This document shows, in pieces, positions 1 through 8,300 of a DNA stretch of 32,000 nt. Within the stretch, counting starts at the first letter, position 1. Each line of letters begins with the position of its first letter. Source of the stretch: Halomicronema hongdechloris C2206. Its GTDB lineage: Bacteria; Cyanobacteriota; Cyanobacteriia; Phormidesmidales; Phormidesmidaceae. The stretch is from the NCBI RefSeq assembly GCF_002075285.3, contig NZ_CP021983.2, positions 1,350,001 to 1,382,000 on the forward strand, written 5' to 3'. The notes below the pieces were generated by a model that had not been told where the DNA came from, did no database searches, and was given only the letters and a program-made list of their open reading frames with translations. A program made the translations under genes and the position numbers.

Positions 1-31
1 CTGCTGGCATTTTTCTCCTGCTGCTGCATAA

Positions 32-748
32 TTATCCCAGGAGAGCCGAAAATACCCAGTAGTAAATGGATTGTAGTGAGTTTAAACAAGGAATTAGGGT
101 GCTAATTCGTCTATCTAAATCCCTGGGCAGATGTTGCTGAATTGTGTGATAATCATAGGTTTTAGACAGGAGTGCCCGAGGTTGATTTGAGATCCTCAAT
201 GGTAGCCAGAGAACGAAATAATTTGAATAGTTTTGAGTTATTAAAATATCCTCTAAATAGTTCTCGACAGCGCTCTTATCTCGCGGGGTCATTGGTTGCC
301 CATCTGCCCAGGGGGTTAAGAATCGATAGCTTTGAGCTTTTTCTGATAATTGGTCTGATTCGGCAATATAAAAGAATGATTCACAAAAATGGAAAACGCT
401 CTTTTGTCCCAAGCCAAATTTACCAATCTTGGCTGAATTTCCAGCATTAAAATCGATTCCGATCCAACCAATCGCTTTTGCATCAGAATCTCGGAATCCA
501 CCATTATTGACAAAGAATAAAGATGGTTGTTCTAGGAGAGGATGTTCGACTTCTGTTGAGGGTAATCCTGGAGTTACCCCCATATCTAAGCGAGTTGCAC
601 CCGCATCATTCGCATTTTGAAGAATCTCTTTGATAATGGGAAATCCTTCTTTATATCGTTCCTTGAGTAGCGTTTGGATTTGATTAGCGATCGCTCCTGG
701 CGGAACTTCTAATCCTGTTTTGTCAAACTCCTGCATATCGGTAACCAT
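32..748 (-). CDS. Short GHKL (Bergerat-fold) ATPase-like protein of sacsin/MORC-like type. It is the last gene of the helicase operon and may be truncated.
   Basis: ATG at 746-748 and TAA at 32-34. Motifs are EILQNANDAG (N-box, ExxxNAxDA), FVNNGGF (G1-like) and GKFGLGQKSVFH (sacsin-type GxFGLG G2 box). The start lies 17 nt downstream of the UvrD-like stop on the same strand. At 238 aa it is short for this family. Confidence 0.6.
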   Translation of the reverse strand: MVTDMQEFDKTGLEVPPGAIANQIQTLLKERYKEGFPIIKEILQNANDAGATRLDMGVTPGLPSTEVEHPLLEQPSLFFVNNGGFRDSDAKAIGWIGIDFNAGNSAKIGKFGLGQKSVFHFCESFFYIAESDQLSEKAQSYRFLTPWADGQPMTPRDKSAVENYLEDILITQNYSNYFVLWLPLRISNQPRALLSKTYDYHTIQQHLPRDLDRRISTLIPCLNSLQSIYYWVFSALLG

Positions 749-765
749 CAGTAGGCTTATAGAGC

Positions 766-2793
766 TTAGTTGAGAAATTTGCTAGGTTTTCCAACCCAGC
801 AAATGAACAGTTCATCCCTTGCCCGCGTAAGGCTTACGTACAGAAGCTGCCTCTCCCTAGCCAGTACATCCTTCTGTAGCTGAGTATCCTTAGTCCTATT
901 AACGAGATATTTCAGCGGCACCTGGTCATCCGATACATTCACTACAAACACCGCCTTAAACTCCAACCCCTTAGCCCGGTGCATCGTCCCCGCATTCACT
1001 GCCGACTCCCGTGCTCCCCCCTTCCGCAGGTTATGGCACTTGAGCCCAGCTTCCTTCAATGCACTCTCAAGCTGAGTAATCGCCTTGTTAGTACGAGCAA
1101 AAATAGCCACCTCTTCCGGGGCTAACCCCTCCTGGGTAATTGCTTGGATTTGCTTCACCAAGAACTCCTGTTGTTGCTCCTGGGTATTAAATCCCTTCAT
1201 GACGGGCTTGGGTCCACTCAAAAGACTGACCGTTCCCTTACGGCTCTCCTGTCCGCCATCCATGTCATCGCTCTGGTGACCCAGCATGGTATCGGCGAAC
1301 TGTCGAATTTGTTCCGTAGTGCGGTAGTTGATCCGGAGAATATGAGACCGTCCCCGCACATCCACCCCAAGCGCTTTGAGGCTAAACGGGGTGCTGTAAA
1401 TCCGCTGTCCTCCATCGCCTACCAGAGTGAGAGAATCATCCCCGTCTCCCGCCAATGCTGCCAGCAGCATAATCTCCTGGGGGCGCAGGTCCTGAAGTTC
1501 ATCTACGATGACGGCATCGAATGGACTTTCAACCTTCCCCGTGGTGACTAACTCCCTAGCTAAACGGCAAATGGAGGGGTAATCCATGCAACCCTTCTCA
1601 TTCAAGGTTTCATACACCCGCTGAAAAATCTGCCAGACCTGCTTTCGTCCCTTAACCGTTAGCGGAAACCCTCGACCTGTGCGGTTAGCACTGCGGTAGT
1701 CGTCCCAGGTGGTAACACCCTGGTCCTGAATGACCGTTTCCCATTCAGTCTTCAGCAGGTCGGGTTCTAGGGGACAGATACCAGGATGGTAATACTCATC
1801 GATAAGTTTCCAAATCTCGTCGTTATTGATGGGATAGAGATCTGAATTCGCTGTTTTGGCTAAAGCTAGCCCCTGGCTGTGAACCGTCGTTACCGTAATG
1901 CGCGATCGCTCCTCTGAGGTACATAGCAGCTCTAGGTTGTGCTCGATGTTTTCACACAGGGTCGATACATAGCTGGTCAAAAAGACCCGCTTACCCTGCC
2001 GCGCCAGATGTCGGGCTCGGTGCATCGCCACCACGGTTTTGCCCGTTCCGGCAGAACCGGAAACTTTGACAGGGCCAGCGAAGCTGCCTGTAGCCAGCTT
2101 TTGCTGGGAAGGATGGAGGAACGCCACCCAGGTTGCCAGGGGAGCCTCCAGCATTTTCATCAAGTCGTCGTTGTTTTCCATTACAAAGAAACGACGCCGG
2201 GTATCTTGACTAGCGGTAATGGGCTGGTTTTGGGCGATCGCAACTGGAGGCGTGACAAATTCCCCCTCTGCCAGTTTCAGCAGTCGCTCTCCTACATCTT
2301 CGGGCAGCTTAACAACGACTTTCCAGAGGTGGTCTATGTGCTGAACTTTGCGAATAGTGGGTAACCAATCAGTGGGAACGCCCAGGCTCTCCAGGTAATC
2401 ATTGTCATGGTCATCGAAGAGGCGAGGGATTTCAGGAACAAAATATTGAACCTGCTGCTCCACTACATCGGGCGACTCAACAATTTGCAGTGCTCCGGTT
2501 TTGGGGTGCCGGGCGATCTGACGAGTCTCAGCCCACTTATACGCATCGTCATGGTGGTCTGCATGGAGCACTGTCCAGATGTCACTGTCTTTGTGGACAA
2601 TGGCTCTCAATTCTTGGCTGATGCGGCCTGACCAGAGGTTTTCGTTCTTGGTTTGGGTGACCCGCTCCAAACTAAGACTAGGATGAGCTGGGTTTTCGAT
2701 AAACTTAGCCAAAAACTTCCACACTCGCTTCGCATCGTTGGAATCAAGGCGGGCGACCGCAGCTGGGAGGGATTGGTCAATGAGTACAGGCAT
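766..2793 (-). CDS. UvrD/Rep-family SF1 DNA helicase with an extra N-terminal RelE/ParE-like domain
   Basis: 675-aa ORF with ATG at 2791-2793, preceded by GGAGG 7 nt upstream. Walker A is GSAGTGKTVVAMHRA and motif II is VIVDELQDL. Later SF1 motifs are LVGDGGQRIY, INYRTT, GTMHRAKGLEF and YVSLTRARDEL. The first ~95 aa follow the RelE/ParE pattern (see findings). Confidence 0.85.
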   Translation of the reverse strand: MPVLIDQSLPAAVARLDSNDAKRVWKFLAKFIENPAHPSLSLERVTQTKNENLWSGRISQELRAIVHKDSDIWTVLHADHHDDAYKWAETRQIARHPKTGALQIVESPDVVEQQVQYFVPEIPRLFDDHDNDYLESLGVPTDWLPTIRKVQHIDHLWKVVVKLPEDVGERLLKLAEGEFVTPPVAIAQNQPITASQDTRRRFFVMENNDDLMKMLEAPLATWVAFLHPSQQKLATGSFAGPVKVSGSAGTGKTVVAMHRARHLARQGKRVFLTSYVSTLCENIEHNLELLCTSEERSRITVTTVHSQGLALAKTANSDLYPINNDEIWKLIDEYYHPGICPLEPDLLKTEWETVIQDQGVTTWDDYRSANRTGRGFPLTVKGRKQVWQIFQRVYETLNEKGCMDYPSICRLARELVTTGKVESPFDAVIVDELQDLRPQEIMLLAALAGDGDDSLTLVGDGGQRIYSTPFSLKALGVDVRGRSHILRINYRTTEQIRQFADTMLGHQSDDMDGGQESRKGTVSLLSGPKPVMKGFNTQEQQQEFLVKQIQAITQEGLAPEEVAIFARTNKAITQLESALKEAGLKCHNLRKGGARESAVNAGTMHRAKGLEFKAVFVVNVSDDQVPLKYLVNRTKDTQLQKDVLARERQLLYVSLTRARDELFICWVGKPSKFLN

Positions 2794-2804
2794 AGTGTTC
2801 CTCC

Positions 2805-5369
2805 TCAGCTATTTAGCAGATGGTGGGTAATGTCGAGACGGCCCATGCCTTGTTTGCGATCTAGCTGTAGTGCCTGGCCTTCCTTATGAATGCGAATATG
2901 CCAGTACATGCGGTCATCTTTTTCTGTCGTCCAAAAGTCGTCTAATAAAGAAGACAAATCTTGAAAGGGCACCAGGATGGTTTGTTCAGGTGAGCCACAG
3001 CCTAGAGCCACGTATCCCTGGTCGAAGTTCTCCAAAAATTCTTTTTGAGAGGGGTGAAACGCAAACCAGTAGGAGGGTGCCCCGTTATTTTCATGAGTTT
3101 TAGAAATAGTGCAAACGACAGCAGTTGAGCCATCTTCAGTCACATATGCGGTTCGTGATTTTGAAAGCAGAGGTAACCCCAACACTTGAGAAACCCGCTC
3201 AATGCATTTTGGATGAAACCCGACGGGAGGTTCTCTGTCAGAATCGTCTGGTTCACTAACCTCGGGCGTTGCAATCGAGGCAGTCAACTTTTCCTGCTCT
3301 TGCAAGGCAATCATGATGCTGGCTAACGCTGCTTCTAATTGATTACAGCCAACAAGTAAAACCTTTGCACCTGCTCTCTCTAGCGCCGCTTTAATAGCTC
3401 CTGCCGAGAGTTCTTGGCTATCTACCAGATGGAGAACTTTATCGTTCTGAGCTACCTCTGCCAGAAAAGTGCCGACGACAACTCCATTGGCTTCTACATC
3501 ACCACCAGCTTCGATGGTTACCCCTTCAAGCTTGGAAAGTGCTTGCAGGAAAGGATGCCACTGAGATGAAAAGAGGTCATAGTCTACGGAGCCAATATCT
3601 TCTCGCACAATGGTCTTACCCATCGCCTTACCAATGCGGTCTAGCAGTGCTGCTTCTCGGGCACTGAAAAAGTGTTCAAAATCGTTAGCTCTGAGGGCGT
3701 CTGGCGGAATCAGATGCTCTGCCAAAATAGCGTCCATCCTTTCCTTGGAAATTTCCGCGCTTTTCTGAAGAGTGGCGAGATATTTGCTGGGAGGGTTGTT
3801 GCTGACCCGTCGATTGGTACCCGCAGAAAGAGGCGTTTTGTTGATAACGCTGTCGTAGCGCTTAGAATCCAGGCCAGCTTTCCGACACCAATCCTGAGGA
3901 AAGATGTGGTGAATATCGATTTTCTCGTCAAAGTAAACTTGCTCATTAATAGGAATACCAGAACGGAAATCAGGGGCACCATCCTGCATGAGCAAAGCAT
4001 AGATCCCCTTATAAGCCGCACTGTTCCGGGTCTTTAAGCCAAGTAACCGACCCGGTATGAAGTTGGCTGCCGCTACTGTATCTGGCTCTGGTCCTCCATC
4101 TACCCAGGCTAATACCTCTGGCAAATCCTTAGCAAAACGGCTTTCGATCGCACTTCCGTAAAGCTCTCCAAAAACTCCACACCAGTACCAGCGGATTAGC
4201 TTTTGTCTGACTCCGTGGTTGAGGGCTTTTTCGCCCAACACCGTGAAGATGGCAGCCAGGGGAACAAGCTGGGTTTTGTAGGGAATGTCTCGGGCAGTAA
4301 ACATCTTTTGCCCATGGAGTAGCTTGGCCGCCTCTTGAAATCCTCGGGTAATGGGATCTGCCCAGGTTTGATATTCCTCTAGCGTCAACCGCAAAATATC
4401 CCGTCGCTTACAGCTGATGCCAGGAGCCTTTTCGGGGAGAGTGCCGGATGTGATCGCGGCTTTCTGCCGCTGTAACGAAGCGACCAACGTCACGGACTGC
4501 AAGAAGTCAGTACTCTCGATATATTCCAGAATCCGAAATTCTGTTAAGCGAGCCTTGCGATCGGCCCAGTCTTGGCGCAGTAAATAGTCTTCAGCGGCAA
4601 AGGTCGCCGTCAGCAATTCAAAGACAGTTAGGGAAACCCCGCCTGTGTTTACCTTCTCAAATACCTGGCAGACTGCTTCCTTAGGCGTTTCCTTCCCGAG
4701 GGAAATCACAGGTACCTGATACTGCTCAAAGCGTTTGATGATTTCCTTATTGAACTGGCTGAAAAGCTTAATTTTGTCTTTGTCGTAGTCCCAATATTCC
4801 TGGTGTCCCTCCTGCCAATTGGAACAGTCAAAGACCTGGCTGATAGGGAATAAGCCCCGTTCATATTCTTTTTCCGGAGTGGAGTAATCTTCAATCACTT
4901 CGCCCCGGAAATTCTTGACTTGCCGGGTGTCGGGCAGGCTAACAACAGCATCTTCCCGTTCCACATTGGGATTCAATACTGCTTCCATATCAAGGTAATA
5001 CCAGCGGTAAATAGGGCGTCCGCGTAAATCGCGGGTCAGCACTGGGCGTTCTGCGTTAAGTGCCTGAAACAAGGAAGTTAAACGCTGCTGGCCATCAAGA
5101 ATGAGGCGATCTGCTTCAACAGGGGAGGAGAGTTGCACTCCTTCAATAGGTCTGGCCTTAAATTTCACATCTTCATTGCCAGTTTGAAGCATCATGACTG
5201 CGCCAATTGGGTAAGACAGAGAGATGCTAGCCAGAAGGCTCCGAACGTGTTCGTCGTCCCAAACCCATCCGCGCTGAAAATCAGGGAGCTGAATGTCTCC
5301 TTTGCGAATGCTTCTAAGAAGGTCAGAAAGACCTTCTTTTGTGCTGTCAAAGGTAGTCATCGTAGTCAT
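2805..5369 (-). CDS. GmrSD-like DUF262 (ParB-like NTPase, DGQQR) plus DUF1524 (His-Me/HNH-type nuclease) protein with two additional C-terminal modules
   Basis: 854-aa ORF. N-terminal motifs are IQLPDFQRGWVWD and LDGQQRLTSL (DUF262 signatures). The central region carries KIDIHHIFPQDW ... NKTPLSAGTNRRVSNNPPSKY (DUF1524-type His-Me finger). The ATG at 5367-5369 overlaps the upstream stop (ATGA). Confidence 0.85.
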   Translation of the reverse strand: MTTMTTFDSTKEGLSDLLRSIRKGDIQLPDFQRGWVWDDEHVRSLLASISLSYPIGAVMMLQTGNEDVKFKARPIEGVQLSSPVEADRLILDGQQRLTSLFQALNAERPVLTRDLRGRPIYRWYYLDMEAVLNPNVEREDAVVSLPDTRQVKNFRGEVIEDYSTPEKEYERGLFPISQVFDCSNWQEGHQEYWDYDKDKIKLFSQFNKEIIKRFEQYQVPVISLGKETPKEAVCQVFEKVNTGGVSLTVFELLTATFAAEDYLLRQDWADRKARLTEFRILEYIESTDFLQSVTLVASLQRQKAAITSGTLPEKAPGISCKRRDILRLTLEEYQTWADPITRGFQEAAKLLHGQKMFTARDIPYKTQLVPLAAIFTVLGEKALNHGVRQKLIRWYWCGVFGELYGSAIESRFAKDLPEVLAWVDGGPEPDTVAAANFIPGRLLGLKTRNSAAYKGIYALLMQDGAPDFRSGIPINEQVYFDEKIDIHHIFPQDWCRKAGLDSKRYDSVINKTPLSAGTNRRVSNNPPSKYLATLQKSAEISKERMDAILAEHLIPPDALRANDFEHFFSAREAALLDRIGKAMGKTIVREDIGSVDYDLFSSQWHPFLQALSKLEGVTIEAGGDVEANGVVVGTFLAEVAQNDKVLHLVDSQELSAGAIKAALERAGAKVLLVGCNQLEAALASIMIALQEQEKLTASIATPEVSEPDDSDREPPVGFHPKCIERVSQVLGLPLLSKSRTAYVTEDGSTAVVCTISKTHENNGAPSYWFAFHPSQKEFLENFDQGYVALGCGSPEQTILVPFQDLSSLLDDFWTTEKDDRMYWHIRIHKEGQALQLDRKQGMGRLDITHHLLNS

Positions 5370-8300
5370 GTAGGGTCTCCCTGAAAACTCGCTTTAAGGT
5401 TCTGGATAAGTTGGGGATCTTCAGATTGGGCGGCTAAAACGGCAAAGCCCTGAGCCTTCAAGAGTTCTGCAACAGTCTCAAAGTCTGGTTGCTCAGCATC
5501 TACCAGACGCATAGAACGACCGTTAACTGAAACCTCAGCCAGATACTCACCAACCACGCGCCCTCCATCGGCCACGTCCCCACCGGCTTCTACTTGCCAG
5601 TTGTGCTCTTGAGCCAGTTGTTCCATGATGGGCCGCCATCGGGCATCGAAGAGATCAAGGTCAACATGCCCGTCACGTTTATTGTTCTCATTGCTCGTAG
5701 CAGTATCAGAAGTGACAGATCCTTCCCCAAACACACCGGGATATCTCTTGAGAATTTCTGCCCAATCTGCTCGGTAACCAAACCGAAGCACCGTGTAACC
5801 AAAGTCCTCCAGACAATCAGCCTGGTTCTGGTCCCGCTTGTGCCGGTCTGGAAAATCGTGGTGAGGGCCATCCACATAAATCACCGTGGCGTTATCTCGA
5901 TACAGAAAATCAGGCCGAGTTCCACAATCTGGAATCAACACCTGAGCCTCAGAGGGCAAGCGATATCCTCGCGCCTGGAGGTACTGCAACCACTCCCGCT
6001 CAAGACCGGAATCGGTTTTGTTGAGCAATCCATCCAAATGCTCAGTCCGCGACTTCGATGATGGGGAAGCCAGCACCTCAGCTTCCGTTAGCTGCATTAG
6101 AACATCGCGAATTCTCTGACGATCCAGCAGGGCATGGTCTCGCTGGTTGCTGTAGTTCATCAAGCAGTCGTAGCAGGCGGCTTCGCAGTTTTCCTCCGAC
6201 TGCGGTCCATGGCCCAGGTCCTCACCCGTTTCTGGATTAAAGTGGCAAACTTCCAAAGCCGCTTTAGCCACAGAAGCCAGCGCTGTTGGGTCATTCAACA
6301 GCCGCTTCAACACCCCTGCCCCACCCTCAGCAGATTCATAGAACAGAATCAGCCGCCGATCGTCGCGATTTGGCAGAGGTTCCGCAGCTAGTTCATTATC
6401 TTCAAGCTGATAAGTTACTTGGATAGCCTGTTTGAGAGCTGCCTGCAACGAGGCCATTTGCTCAGGTCTGAGGGAGCCCTTCGGCTCAAACAGCAGGCTG
6501 TTGCGGTTGTCCTGCACATAGGGAATTACTCTCGATGTTCGGGGAGATAGGGGATCAGAGACATCCTCTTCCTCAGTGGCTTGCTCGTTCTTAGCCCAGT
6601 AGCCCCGTTCAATATCGAGCACAAAGCCAAACTGATCTTTGTTCTTGCGGCGAGCCCATCCCAGGTTAATACGCCATAGCTCGGCATTTTGGGCATAGGT
6701 CAGCTTGGCCAGATCTTTGCCTTTCCGTTTCACCGTGGCAACCTGGTAAGAGGGATGCCCATCCCGCTCAGGGAAGCGAACTCCCGTACAGAGGTCGTAG
6801 CCCAGGCGCAGGCGTTCTTCTTCGTCAGAGTTAATTTTGTCGCGGCGTTTGGTGGTGACGTTCTGCAGCCGGAAGAGCGATCGCAACGACGTACTCAAAT
6901 CTGCCGCACAGCGTTCACACTTATCCAGCCCTACCCCGTCATTGACCGGATGCAGATAGCCACAGCGGGGACAGGGCTTCACTTCGCCCAGTGACAGGGT
7001 GCCCTCGTCTCCTTCCACTGGCAAAATGACTCGGTTGATCAGGTACTTCGACCCCTCGTGGTACACCACCGAACGGGGACCAAATTCGGATATTGCCAGG
7101 AACCGAGGGCGAGATAGGTACTCCTCCCGGCCCTGACGCATTCGCCGTGCCGGAATGTAGGCCGACAGGGGCAACCGAGGGAAGTTATAGCCCGGCAAGA
7201 ACCCTTCGCTGGCGAAATAGCGATAGCTGTAGAAGTCTGATTGGGCCAGGTTATCCGAAACCGTCAGCAGCTCCAGCTGGGCTTCCGCTTCTCGCCGTAG
7301 CCGTTTGGCCTGGTCCTTATCCCTGGCCGGACGAGAGGCATCCTGGATAATTCGGTTCTGAACATTGAACTGCGCCAGGGCTGCTCGATAAAGGTCTCGC
7401 CACCGCTGGCAGGTATTCTCAAATCGTTGAGCAATTTGAGTGAAGACATTGTCCAGCCAGGTATCGTTGAACAGGCTGGAGTCATCCATCTCCGCCTTCA
7501 AAGTATCCAGAATGCGATGAGCCCGTTTCTTTGCTCTCTGCTTAGCTCCAGCATCATTCAAAGCCGCCAGAACATGGTCCTGCAGTTCCAGCGTAGGGGC
7601 ATCCTCGACCAGGTCAAGCTTGAGAATTTCCTTCAGAGACGAGCCTAGATTTAGACCAGCTTCCGCTAGCCAGACCGCCTGCAGGTGGGCTCGAATTAAG
7701 TCTTCGTTGCTCAGATCCAGCCGGGGCGGGGTGACAGCTCCCGTTACCATACGGTCGGGGCGTTTGAAGAAGTACTGATCGTGGGAGCTGCCCGTTGAAC
7801 AATAGGCAAACACCAGGGCTGGTTGGCCACTGCGCCCGGCTCGGCCACTGCGCTGGGCATAGTTGGCAGGGGTAGGGGGAACATTTCTCAGGTTGACCAC
7901 GTTGAGGTCGGCAATGTCTACCCCCAACTCCATGGTGGGAGAACAGTAAAGGATAGACAGATCCCCGGTTCGGAAAGCTTGTTCTCGCTTTTCCCGTTCA
8001 TCGGAGGGCACTTGGGCGGTATGCTCACGGGCTTCCAGTCCTTGAGTCGTGGCCGCGATTTTGCGATAGAACTCGACAAAGAACTCATTGGTGCGGCTAC
8101 CACCCTCCGGCAGCTGGGGCACACGGGTAGGGTCATGAAAGGGGGTGGTTCCATCGCCCACTGTCCACTGCAGAGCGGAAGCCACCAGTTGATAGCCCGG
8201 CACCTCCCCCTCCTTTTTCGGGGCGAGTACCTCTTCAACAATACCCGCGATTTTCAGCCCTTGCAGCAGTCCCCGAATAATCTGGTCCGTATCCTCTAGC

